Shown: piece after piece, positions 10,457-19,323 of the stretch
How positions within the stretch are numbered: position 1 is the first letter of the stretch
Layout: every line of letters begins with the position of its first letter
Source: Treponemataceae bacterium
GTDB lineage: Bacteria; Spirochaetota; Spirochaetia; Treponematales; Rectinemataceae
DNA length: 64,000 nt
Assembly (NCBI GenBank): GCA_963677895.2
Contig: CAXXGJ010000018.1
Span: forward strand, 256,001-320,000
Direction of reading: 5' to 3'
Position numbers and translations under genes: made by a program
The notes under the pieces: model-generated
The model's database searches: none
Told to the model about the DNA's origin: nothing
Seen by the model: the letters and a program-made list of their open reading frames with translations, nothing else

Positions 10457-11305
10457 GTGAAATACGCGGTCTGCAACGAACTGTTCGGCGATATGCCATT
10501 GAGGAAAGCCGCGGCGACGCTTCGCGGCGCGGGATATCGAGGCATCGAGTTCGCTCCCTATACCCTGTTCGGCGACTTTTCCCCCGCGATGATCAGGAAC
10601 GGCGTGGCCGGCATCGCCGAAGCGCTGGCGGGCGAGGGGCTCGAGTTCGTGGGATTCCACTGGTTGATGGTGGGCCCGGAGCCATTGCATCTCACCACCA
10701 CCGACGAAAGCCTCCGCCAGCGCTCCCTGAACCATCTTCGGCGGCTCCTGGACGCGGCCGGCTGCCTGGGAGGCGGCGTACTCATCCTGGGTTCCCCAAA
10801 ACAGCGATCCACCTCGGCGGGCTCTAACAGGGCGACAGCCCTCAAGCGGCTAGCCGAAGGCCTTGCCCAGCTGGGCGACCATGCCGTCGCCTGCGGGTCG
10901 CGCATCCTATTGGAGGCGCTCGACTCGAATCAGACCGATATCGTGAACACCCTGGCCGAGGCGCGCGCGCTCGTGGAAGCGATAGGCTCGCCCGGAATAG
11001 GAGAGATGTTCGATTTCCACAACGTCGGCGACGAAACCGATCCCTGGGACGCCTTGATCCGTGCTCAAGGCGAGAGAATCGCCCACGTCCACATCAACGA
11101 GATGGACGGACGGGCGCCCGGTACGGGAACATCGGATTACGGTCCCGCTTTCGAAGCGCTCCGGGAGATTAACTACAAGGGTTGGATCAGCATGGAAATA
11201 TTCGAAAAGCCCGTCAATCCGGGGGCGGTCGTTGAAAAAGCCCTGCGCTATTTAGCCGAACACGACCGCACCATATTTCTTCCGGAAAACGGGTTTAGAA
11301 TATAA
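10457..11305 (+). CDS. Sugar phosphate isomerase/epimerase (D-psicose/D-tagatose 3-epimerase-like TIM barrel)
   Basis: GIEFAP, GSPKQR, LEAL, DFHN, HVHINE...PGTG and SMEIF; GTG start after AGGGAG. Confidence 0.85.
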   Translation: MKYAVCNELFGDMPLRKAAATLRGAGYRGIEFAPYTLFGDFSPAMIRNGVAGIAEALAGEGLEFVGFHWLMVGPEPLHLTTTDESLRQRSLNHLRRLLDAAGCLGGGVLILGSPKQRSTSAGSNRATALKRLAEGLAQLGDHAVACGSRILLEALDSNQTDIVNTLAEARALVEAIGSPGIGEMFDFHNVGDETDPWDALIRAQGERIAHVHINEMDGRAPGTGTSDYGPAFEALREINYKGWISMEIFEKPVNPGAVVEKALRYLAEHDRTIFLPENGFRI

Positions 11306-11346
11306 AAGTGGCTGTGTTTACGGCATTTCGATACAATTGTATAGAT

Positions 11347-11407
11347 TTTAATTTGTTCACTTTCTTTACAAAAACACTTGACAGGTTCTTGGACCTGTTC
11401 AAATAAT
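11347..11407 (+). promoter_or_regulatory. Promoter of the tct operon with two palindromic operator candidates
   Basis: TTTGT-N11-ACAAA at 11352-11372, TTGACA at 11378-11383, ACAGGT-N6-ACCTGT at 11381-11398 and AATAAT at 11402-11407. Confidence 0.6.
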
Positions 11408-11437
11408 GAAAATACACTTACCTACAAGGAGCGCACC

Positions 11438-12448
11438 GTGAAAAGAAGAAGCATTGCGGTACTTTTTGCTATCGTGGCTTTCTCATCGATCGCCGTCAGC
11501 GGAAATCTCGTGGCACAGTCTCTCTGGAAACCGACGCATCCGATCCAGGTCGTCGTGCCCTGGCCAGCCGGAGGAGCCTCGGACACCGTAGGCAGAATGC
11601 TTGCCGGACAGATGGAACAGTTCATCGGACAGCGCATGGTAATCGTGAACACGGCCGGCGGCTCAGGCGCCATAGGAACGCAGGAAGTCTGGGACAAGCC
11701 GCATGACGGCTACACCCTTACCGCCAACGCCGTGGCTTCCGTCGTAAGCTACGCGGTGCTCGGGAAAATGGATCAGACACACAGAGACTGGATCTATTAT
11801 CTGCCCATCTTCACGCCGAACGTCATCGTCGTGAAAGGCGATTCCCCTATCAAGACGCTCGCGCAGCTTCTGGATTACATGAAATCGAAACCGGGCGCCA
11901 CGATCCTTTCGTCTGCCGGCGTCGGCAGTTCGGGCTATTACGCCGCCGAGCTGTTCAAAAAGGCGACCGGGCTTACTTACAGGCACGTTCCCTACGCGGG
12001 CGGAGCTCCCGCCGTCATGGCTGTCGCCCAGGGCGAAGCCGAAGTCGTCATGCAGCTGTCCGTCGAAGTGGCCGAGCTTCTCCGCGGCGGAAAACTCCGC
12101 GCCCTCGCCGTAACCTCCGCCGACGACCTGGTCGTCGATGGATATGGAACGATCCCCTCGGCGCAGAAGACGATTCCCAATTTCCCCAACTACGGTTCAT
12201 ATTTCGGAATCATGGCTCCAGCCGACCTTCCCGCCAACGTCATCGCCATGCTGGATGCGGCCTTCGTGAAGGCGGCGGCTGCACAGGGAGTCAAAGACTA
12301 CGCCAAAATCAAAGGCGCCATCCCTTCCGCCATTTACGGCAAGGAAGCGACAGCGCTGACCGAAAAGCTCGCCAGCACCGAAGCATGGCTTCTGTACGAC
12401 GCTGGCGCAGCCGCCAAATCTCCCGCCGTATTCAATATCTCGAGGTAA
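11438..12448 (+). CDS. tctC: Tripartite tricarboxylate transporter substrate-binding protein
   Basis: PI.VVVPWPAGGASD, N.AGGSGAIG, PHDGYTL, HVPYAGG and LRALAV; GTG after AAGGAG. Confidence 0.9.
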   Translation: MKRRSIAVLFAIVAFSSIAVSGNLVAQSLWKPTHPIQVVVPWPAGGASDTVGRMLAGQMEQFIGQRMVIVNTAGGSGAIGTQEVWDKPHDGYTLTANAVASVVSYAVLGKMDQTHRDWIYYLPIFTPNVIVVKGDSPIKTLAQLLDYMKSKPGATILSSAGVGSSGYYAAELFKKATGLTYRHVPYAGGAPAVMAVAQGEAEVVMQLSVEVAELLRGGKLRALAVTSADDLVVDGYGTIPSAQKTIPNFPNYGSYFGIMAPADLPANVIAMLDAAFVKAAAAQGVKDYAKIKGAIPSAIYGKEATALTEKLASTEAWLLYDAGAAAKSPAVFNISR

Positions 12449-12454
12449 TTCTTA

Positions 12455-13015
12455 ATGTCCAATGAAATAATGAAGGAAGAGGAGGCTACGCCTTCTCTTC
12501 CTCCAGAATTGACCGATGAAGTCATAGCCAGGAAACCGAGGCGCGAGGTAATCGGCGCCCTCGGCCTCCTGGCTGTCGCAATCGTTTTCGGCGTCGAATC
12601 CTTCAAGACGCCTTTCAAGGATACTCTTTGGGAATTCTACACCTCCCCGACGATCTTTCCTCTCTTTATGGCCATTCTGCTCGGAGCGACCAGCATCGCA
12701 GTCCTGGCGCGAGGAATAAAGGAATGGCACGACCAGAAAGACAGCCTTAAGCCGATTCATCTGATCGAAGATATGAAGCGTTGGGGTATGGGTCGTTTTA
12801 TGGGCGGCGCTGGGATAATCGCAGCGTTCCTGTTTTTCCTGGGCAAGGTTAACTTCTATCTGCTGTCGGTGATCATGATCAATATCTTCGGGATGATATT
12901 CAGGCTCGGAACGCTGAAGAAAGCCCTCAAATCCTCTCTGATCACCTCGGCCGTGGTAGCCATCTTCCTGTTCATCATAAGCAGGGTTTTTGGCATAGTG
13001 TTCCCGGGAGCGTAA
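12455..13015 (+). CDS. tctB: Tripartite tricarboxylate transporter small permease
   Basis: Small multi-TM protein with SPTIFP, located between tctC and tctA. Confidence 0.8.
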   Translation: MSNEIMKEEEATPSLPPELTDEVIARKPRREVIGALGLLAVAIVFGVESFKTPFKDTLWEFYTSPTIFPLFMAILLGATSIAVLARGIKEWHDQKDSLKPIHLIEDMKRWGMGRFMGGAGIIAAFLFFLGKVNFYLLSVIMINIFGMIFRLGTLKKALKSSLITSAVVAIFLFIISRVFGIVFPGA

Positions 13016-13018
13016 ACG

Positions 13019-14563
13019 ATGAATATTCTCAGCATTTTCAGCGGATTTTGGAAACTACTCCTGGATCCCGTCACCATACTTTTTATTTTCATTGGGGGTC
13101 AGGCTGGCATCATTTTCGGCATGATGCCCGGCCTTACAACGACTACGGCGATGAGCCTGCTTACGGGATTGACCTTCACCCTTCCGCCTGAAAGGGCGAT
13201 AGCGGTCGTTCTCGGCGCATATGTCGGATCGGTGACGGGCGGCAGCCGATCGGCGATCCTGGTCAATATTCCAGGAACTCCGGCGCAGGCAGCGGTCTGT
13301 CTGGATGGATATCCTTTAGCCCTGCAGGGACGAGCCGCTGAAGCTATCGGCTTGTCGGTGACGGCATCGACGATCGGTACGCTCCTCGGCTTCATATGTC
13401 TCGCTCTCTTTACGCCTCTGCTCGGCGCGGCGGCCATGAGCTTTGGAACCTATGAGTTCTTCTGGCTCGCCATCATCGGCGTCGTCATCGCCGGAAGCCT
13501 CTGTTCGCCCAAAGATCCGATCAAGGGGTGGATAATGGGCTTTCTTGGCCTCGTCCTGATGACGGTGGGAGAAGACAACATCCATGCCATCGAACGCTTC
13601 ACTTTTGGGTATAATCCCCTGAGGGGCGGTTTCGCCCTGATTCCCGTCATGATAGGCGCCTACGGAATACCCGAGGTGCTTGACGCGGTGAGGCAGCGCC
13701 AGCAGATCGTCGTTCAGACGAAGGTCGGCAGAGTAGTGCCCCGCTTCGGCGAAGTGCTGAAATACAAATGGCTCATTCTGCGCTCCTCGCTGATCGGCCT
13801 CATCATAGGGATTATCCCAGGCGTAGGGAGCGATACGGCTTCCTGGCTTTCCTACTTCGCGGCGAAAAAATCCAGCAAACATCCCGAATTGTTCGGCCAC
13901 GGCGCGATAGACGGATTCATCGCGGCGGAAACAGGCGATAACGCCTGCGTTGGAGGGGACATAATTCCCACGCTGACGCTCGGCATACCCGGCAGCGCGC
14001 CCGCCGCCGTCCTTCTCGCGGCCCTCACCATCCACAACCTGCGGCCGGGACCCATGCTCGTAGTCGAGCAGCCCGAGGTTGTCGGCCAGATCATCGCGAT
14101 TTCGATGGTGGCCACCATAGCGGTTTTCATACTAAGCCTTCTTATGGTTAAGCAGATGGTGAAACTGCTTCTGATTCCTCGCAACGTCCTCATGCCGGCG
14201 GTCTTCATCATTTGCGTTACAGGCGCCTATGCGCTTTCGGGAAGGCTCTTCGACATCTACATTATGTTCGCATTCGGATTGTTCGGCGTTATAATGAAAG
14301 AACTGGATTATCCCGTGGCGCCTCTGGTGTTGGGATTCATACTCGGCCCCATGGCCGAAGACAACCTACGCCGCGGCTTGATGATCACGGGCGGCAGCGC
14401 TTCTCCCTTCTTTACCCGCCCCATTTCATTCGCGCTTTTCCTTCTTCTCTTCTTCTCCGTATTCGGCGCTACGAAAACGGGAAAGCGCCTGATGAACGCG
14501 ATCAAAGGGAAGCTCTCTCTTATATTTCCCAAGCGCTCCGCGGCTGGCGGAAATGTGAAGTGA
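13019..14563 (+). CDS. tctA: Tripartite tricarboxylate transporter large permease
   Basis: GMMPGL, ILVNIPGTP, DGYPLA.QG, TLTLGIPG and GFILGP. Confidence 0.93.
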   Translation: MNILSIFSGFWKLLLDPVTILFIFIGGQAGIIFGMMPGLTTTTAMSLLTGLTFTLPPERAIAVVLGAYVGSVTGGSRSAILVNIPGTPAQAAVCLDGYPLALQGRAAEAIGLSVTASTIGTLLGFICLALFTPLLGAAAMSFGTYEFFWLAIIGVVIAGSLCSPKDPIKGWIMGFLGLVLMTVGEDNIHAIERFTFGYNPLRGGFALIPVMIGAYGIPEVLDAVRQRQQIVVQTKVGRVVPRFGEVLKYKWLILRSSLIGLIIGIIPGVGSDTASWLSYFAAKKSSKHPELFGHGAIDGFIAAETGDNACVGGDIIPTLTLGIPGSAPAAVLLAALTIHNLRPGPMLVVEQPEVVGQIIAISMVATIAVFILSLLMVKQMVKLLLIPRNVLMPAVFIICVTGAYALSGRLFDIYIMFAFGLFGVIMKELDYPVAPLVLGFILGPMAEDNLRRGLMITGGSASPFFTRPISFALFLLLFFSVFGATKTGKRLMNAIKGKLSLIFPKRSAAGGNVK

Positions 14564-14577
14564 AACAAGGAGTGACC

Positions 14578-15621
14578 ATGAATTTTGGAATAGTAGGCAC
14601 AGGACTCATCGCAGAGTTTCACGCGAAAGCGTTGGCGGAAATCCGCGACGCCAAACTCGTGGCCTGCATCGATGTCGTTCCAGAGAGGGCGGCCTCCTTC
14701 GCGGCCAGGTTCGGCTGCGCCGCGTATTCGGACATGGCGAGTTTTCTGCGACATCCTAAATTGGACATCGTCAACGTCTGCACTCCCTCCGGTCTGCATC
14801 TGGACGCGGCGCTCCCCGCCGCCGCCGCAGGAAAGCACCTCATCGTGGAAAAGCCCCTGGAAGTGAGCTCCGAGCGCTGCGGCAGGATGATAGAAGCCTG
14901 CGACAAGGCCGGAGTGACCCTTTCCGGAATCTTCCCTTCCCGGTTTCATGACTCCTCCCGCACCATAAAATCGGCGCTCGGGGAGGGCCGGTTCGGCAGG
15001 CTCACCATGGGCAACGCTTATGTGAAGTGGTGGCGCGAGCAGAGTTACTACGACAAGGGCGGCTGGAAGGGCAAGAAGGCCCTGGATGGCGGCGGCGCTC
15101 TCATGAACCAATCCATCCACGCCATCGACCTTCTGCGTTGGTTTATGGGGCCGATAGAGGAAGTGAACGCGTTCACCGGCGCGGCCGGCCATTCGGGCAT
15201 AGACGTAGAAGACAACGCCATCGCCGCCGTACGCTTCGCGAACGGCGCCCTCGGCGCGATTCAGGGTTCAACCTCGGTGTGGCCCGGTTTCCTCAAGCGA
15301 CTTGAAGTCTCGGGGATGGATGGAAGCATCGTCATGGAAGAAGAAAACATCCCCTTCTGGAAATTCCGCGTCGAGACCGGCCGGGATGACGAAATCCGCG
15401 CGCATTTCGCCGGCGCCACGAGCACGGGCGGCGGCGCCTCCGATCCCGCCGCTATCGGCTACCATGGCCACAAGCTGCAGTTTTTGGATGTGATCGGCGC
15501 CATCGGAAAGGGAGAGAAACCCTCCATCGATGGAAGGGAAGCCGCGAAAGCCGTGGCGATCATCGAAGCGATCTATAAAAGCGCCGAGACCGGCAAATCG
15601 GTAAAAGTAGTCGAGCAGTGA
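14578..15621 (+). CDS. Gfo/Idh/MocA family oxidoreductase
   Basis: GIVGTGLIA, TPSGLH, GKHLIVEKP and DGGGALMNQSIHAID; AAGGAG upstream of ATG 14578. Confidence 0.92.
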   Translation: MNFGIVGTGLIAEFHAKALAEIRDAKLVACIDVVPERAASFAARFGCAAYSDMASFLRHPKLDIVNVCTPSGLHLDAALPAAAAGKHLIVEKPLEVSSERCGRMIEACDKAGVTLSGIFPSRFHDSSRTIKSALGEGRFGRLTMGNAYVKWWREQSYYDKGGWKGKKALDGGGALMNQSIHAIDLLRWFMGPIEEVNAFTGAAGHSGIDVEDNAIAAVRFANGALGAIQGSTSVWPGFLKRLEVSGMDGSIVMEEENIPFWKFRVETGRDDEIRAHFAGATSTGGGASDPAAIGYHGHKLQFLDVIGAIGKGEKPSIDGREAAKAVAIIEAIYKSAETGKSVKVVEQ

Positions 15622-16574
15622 GCCATGGCAAAGTGAACGAGATGTATTTGAGCGGCTTCGCCGACGAAGCCGCGGACGGCATCGCCGGGCAGATCGAGGC
15701 GACGAAGGCCCTGGGCTGGTCCCATATCGAAATCCGGGCCGTGGACAAGGTAAATCTCCACGATCTGGACGAAGCTTCCTTCGAGCGCTGCGCCGAAGCC
15801 TTGGAACGAGCCGACATCCATGTCAGCTGCCTGGGCTCGACGATAGCCAATTGGGGAAAGAGGGTGGACGAGGATTTCGCCGCCGCGCTTCGCACCGTGG
15901 ACAGGGCCGTTTCGAGGATGAAAAGACTGGGCGTAGGCCAGATACGCCTGATGAGCTACGCGATCATGTTCGATGCCTCGGGACGCGCCTTGCCGGATCA
16001 GAAAGATGGCGAACGCTTCACCAGGCTCCGCGAGATATGCGCCCGCTTCCTCGATGCCGGCATCACTCCCGTCCACGAAAACTGCCTCAATTACGGAGGC
16101 ATGAGCTGGGAGCACACGCTCCGCCTGCTGGAGGAAGTACCGGGGCTCAAGCTGGTGTACGATACGGGAAATCCCGGCCTTACTCCCGATTTTCGCAAAC
16201 CCTATCCCTATCCGAACCAGGACGGCTGGGAAGCTTGGGAACACTTGAAGCCATATGTGGTCTATATGCATATCAAGGACGGGAAGCGAAACCAGGCCAC
16301 GGGCGAGGAAAGCTATTTCTTTCCCGGCGAAGGCGACTGTCAAGTGGAGAGAGTCCTGGCGGATCTTCTTTCCATGGGATACGAGGGCGGGCTTTCCATA
16401 GAACCGCACATGGCCGTCGTTTTCCACAACGATAAAGTTACTTCGAGCGTCGCGGCCAGATTCGACAACTATGTCGAGTACGGGCGCAGGACTGAATCGC
16501 TTCTCCGGCGCCTCGGCTGCGAAGTCGGCTCAGGGCGCATCCTCTATGGCGCGCGCTCCGATCCAGGGTTATAG
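15618..16574 (+). CDS. Sugar phosphate isomerase/epimerase (xylose isomerase-like TIM barrel)
   Basis: SGFADEA, HEN, YDTGN, HIKD and SIEPH. The start may instead be the ATG near 15642. Confidence 0.85.
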   Translation: MSHGKVNEMYLSGFADEAADGIAGQIEATKALGWSHIEIRAVDKVNLHDLDEASFERCAEALERADIHVSCLGSTIANWGKRVDEDFAAALRTVDRAVSRMKRLGVGQIRLMSYAIMFDASGRALPDQKDGERFTRLREICARFLDAGITPVHENCLNYGGMSWEHTLRLLEEVPGLKLVYDTGNPGLTPDFRKPYPYPNQDGWEAWEHLKPYVVYMHIKDGKRNQATGEESYFFPGEGDCQVERVLADLLSMGYEGGLSIEPHMAVVFHNDKVTSSVAARFDNYVEYGRRTESLLRRLGCEVGSGRILYGARSDPGL

Positions 16575-16609
16575 TAGGGTAAATACCTACTCTACCGGAG
16601 TGACGCAGC

Positions 16610-17989
16610 ATGGATCAAAAAAAGCTCAGTGTTGGCACGAAACTCGGATTCGGCGCCGCCGATCTGGGAGGAAACCTCTTCTTCACGGCCATGGGATTCT
16701 GGACTCTCAATTACCTCACGGACTCAGTGGGACTCTCGGCCGCGGCGGCCGGGGCCGCTGTCATGGTCGGCAAGCTCTGGGATGCCGTCACCGACCCGAT
16801 GATGGGATTCATTTCCGATCGCACCCGCTCGAGATGGGGCAGGCGCCGGCCTTATCTGCTCTTCGGCGCAGTCCCGCTGGCGCTGACCATGTGGTATTTT
16901 TTCACGAATCCCCATATCGGAAGCCAGACATGGCTCACCATCTGGGCGGCCCTCGCTCTCTGCGCGCTCAACACGGCGTATACCATCGTCAATATCCCCT
17001 ACTCATCGCTCACCCCCGAACTCACCAAGGATTACCATGAGCGCACATCGCTCAACGGCTATCGCTTCGGATTCGCGGTTATAGGCACAATCCTCGGCGC
17101 CGGAGCCGTCCTCCCCCTCGTAGGCTTATTCGGTTCCGACAGATCGGCGGGCTTCTCCTTCATGGGAGGAGTGCTCGGCCTCCTAATGGCGGCAAGCACC
17201 CTCGTCACTTTTTTCTCGGTGCGGGAGCCGGATCACAGCCAGGAACCCATACCCACGGAAAAATTTTTCCCCACCTTTCTCGCCGTATTCCGGAACAAGC
17301 CATACGTGATACTCCTCCTCACCTACGCGCTCAATCTGACGGCGCTCAACTTCGTGCAGGGAATCCTCGTGTATTATTTCAAGTATATCTATAGAAACGA
17401 AGCCATGACGACGCTCGCCATGGTTATGCTGCTCCTGACGGCCATGATATGCATCCCGATCTCCGTAAAGGTCTCCTCCCATATCGGCAAGAAGCGAACC
17501 TACCAAATATGCTTCGCCATAATCGCCTCAGCCTGCACCATCATCTACTTTCTCGGCCACATACTAGGCCCCAACTTCTTCCTGGTCATGATGATCTATG
17601 CCGGCGTGGGCATCGGTTTCGGGTACGTGGCTCCCTGGGCCATGGTCCCCGACGCCATCGAGTTCGACGCGGTCCGCACGGGCAATCGCAAGGAAGGGGC
17701 TTTCTACGGAATGTGGACCTTCACCTCCAAGGTGGGGACCTCCCTCGCCATCGCGCTCACGGGCCTCATTCTGGGATCGGCGGGCTACGCCGCCAACGTG
17801 GCGGAACAAAGCCCCTCCGCGCTCGGCGCCATAAGGCTCATAATCGGCCCCATCCCGACGGTCATTTTCCTGGCCGCCATTTTCCTGATCGAGCGATACC
17901 CGATAGACGAGAAGACCTATGTGAAGTTCATGGCTGAAAACGCTGCTTTACATAAGGCCGATCCGTCAAAAGACGGCTCCGAATCTTGA
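16610..17989 (+). CDS. GPH family (MelB-like) MFS sugar:cation symporter
   Basis: WDAVTDPMMGFISDRTRSRWGRRRP, NIPYSSL...ERT and EGAFYG. Confidence 0.92.
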   Translation: MDQKKLSVGTKLGFGAADLGGNLFFTAMGFWTLNYLTDSVGLSAAAAGAAVMVGKLWDAVTDPMMGFISDRTRSRWGRRRPYLLFGAVPLALTMWYFFTNPHIGSQTWLTIWAALALCALNTAYTIVNIPYSSLTPELTKDYHERTSLNGYRFGFAVIGTILGAGAVLPLVGLFGSDRSAGFSFMGGVLGLLMAASTLVTFFSVREPDHSQEPIPTEKFFPTFLAVFRNKPYVILLLTYALNLTALNFVQGILVYYFKYIYRNEAMTTLAMVMLLLTAMICIPISVKVSSHIGKKRTYQICFAIIASACTIIYFLGHILGPNFFLVMMIYAGVGIGFGYVAPWAMVPDAIEFDAVRTGNRKEGAFYGMWTFTSKVGTSLAIALTGLILGSAGYAANVAEQSPSALGAIRLIIGPIPTVIFLAAIFLIERYPIDEKTYVKFMAENAALHKADPSKDGSES

Positions 17990-18004
17990 CGGGAGGGAAA
18001 GGCA

Positions 18005-18568
18005 ATGATTTTCCCCAATTGCTGGGAAGAAGTGGATTCGAAGAAGATCGCCGATTGTCATATATTTACCCTGTCGGAAAGCGATAGGGAAACCTGCGAC
18101 CGTAAGAAGCGGGGCGCTTTCTATCTCTTGAACGCCCCCGATTGGGCGGGCGTCATCCCCGTCGTGGATACGCCCGAGGGACGGAGTTTCGTGATGATCC
18201 GGCAGTATCGCCACGGTACCGGCAGGGTTTCCGTGGAATTTCCCGGAGGAGCGATCGACCCCGGCGAGGACCCGGGCAGGGCGGTGGCAAGGGAACTCCT
18301 GGAGGAGACCGGTTACCGCGCGGAAATGATCCTCCCCCTTGGCGATCTTTCCCCTAATCCGGCCTTCATGACCAATACATTCCATGCCTTCATCGCCGAA
18401 GGCTGTTATCTCGAGCGCGACCAGATCCTGGACGAAAATGAGGAAATCGAAGTCCTCCTCGTTCCCGAGCGCGACGCCATAGACATGATCGGCGCGGAAG
18501 ATTACGGTCATGCGCTGATGACAGCGACGCTTTTCTTCTATATGCGATACAGAGGGTATTCCGAATAG
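18005..18568 (+). CDS. NUDIX hydrolase (ADP-ribose pyrophosphatase-like)
   Basis: Nudix box EFPGGAIDPGEDPGRAVARELLEETG, plus RQYR. Confidence 0.92.
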   Translation: MIFPNCWEEVDSKKIADCHIFTLSESDRETCDRKKRGAFYLLNAPDWAGVIPVVDTPEGRSFVMIRQYRHGTGRVSVEFPGGAIDPGEDPGRAVARELLEETGYRAEMILPLGDLSPNPAFMTNTFHAFIAEGCYLERDQILDENEEIEVLLVPERDAIDMIGAEDYGHALMTATLFFYMRYRGYSE

Positions 18569-18590
18569 CTGGGCGCGAACATAAAATACC

Positions 18591-18619
18591 TTGCGGCCTC
18601 CTGAAGGCAATGCTATAAT
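18591..18619 (+). promoter_or_regulatory. Sigma70 promoter of the por operon
   Basis: TTGCGG-N17-TATAAT with a TGn extension. Confidence 0.65.
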
Positions 18620-18717
18620 TTCTGAAATGGGGTTGCGCGGGCCGAAACGGTCCTCTGCCTATGCCTCAATACTCCTGTCTACGGTAGAAACTCAAATCGT
18701 CTCATAAGGGCGGAAAA

Positions 18718-19323
18718 ATGCAGGAAATCAGATTTCACGGAAGAGGCGGGCAGGGTACCGTGCTCGCTTCCATAGCGCTGGCGAAAGCCTTTTTCCAGGC
18801 GGGCTTTTGGGTGCAGACCTTTCCCGTCTTTGGCTCGGAAAGAAGGGGAGCCCCTGTCGAGGCCTATCTCCGTCTCGATTCCTCCAAGATATACGTCCGC
18901 AGCAATGTATACGAACCGGACCATGTCATCGTGCAGGATTTGCGGCTCCTTCAGCTCGTCGACGTGACGAAAGGCCTGAAAAAGGGGGGATGGATCCTCC
19001 TCAATTCACCCGGCCTGCCCGAAGGCCTGGAACGCTTCGAAGGCTTCAGGCTGGCTTGCGTCGATGCTTCGCGGATCGCGCTGGAGCATGGTTTGGGAGC
19101 GAAGACTCAGCCTATCACGAATACATCGATGATGGGCGCCTTTGCTCAGTTGTTCGGCACGCCTCCACTCGAGGCGGTGGCGACGGCGATAGAGCATGAA
19201 ATGCCCGTGAAGATCGCCGAAAACAAGGCCGCGGCCAGTGCCGCCTACAATGAGGTCAAGAAGTTCGGCCTCATCGATGCCGCATTCCTGAAATCGGCGG
19301 CGTCCGGGGGGACGGTCTTATGA
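18718..19323 (+). CDS. porC: 2-oxoacid:acceptor oxidoreductase gamma subunit
   Basis: EIRFHGRGGQG, FG.ERRGAPV and NTSMMGA. Confidence 0.9.
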   Translation: MQEIRFHGRGGQGTVLASIALAKAFFQAGFWVQTFPVFGSERRGAPVEAYLRLDSSKIYVRSNVYEPDHVIVQDLRLLQLVDVTKGLKKGGWILLNSPGLPEGLERFEGFRLACVDASRIALEHGLGAKTQPITNTSMMGAFAQLFGTPPLEAVATAIEHEMPVKIAENKAAASAAYNEVKKFGLIDAAFLKSAASGGTVL

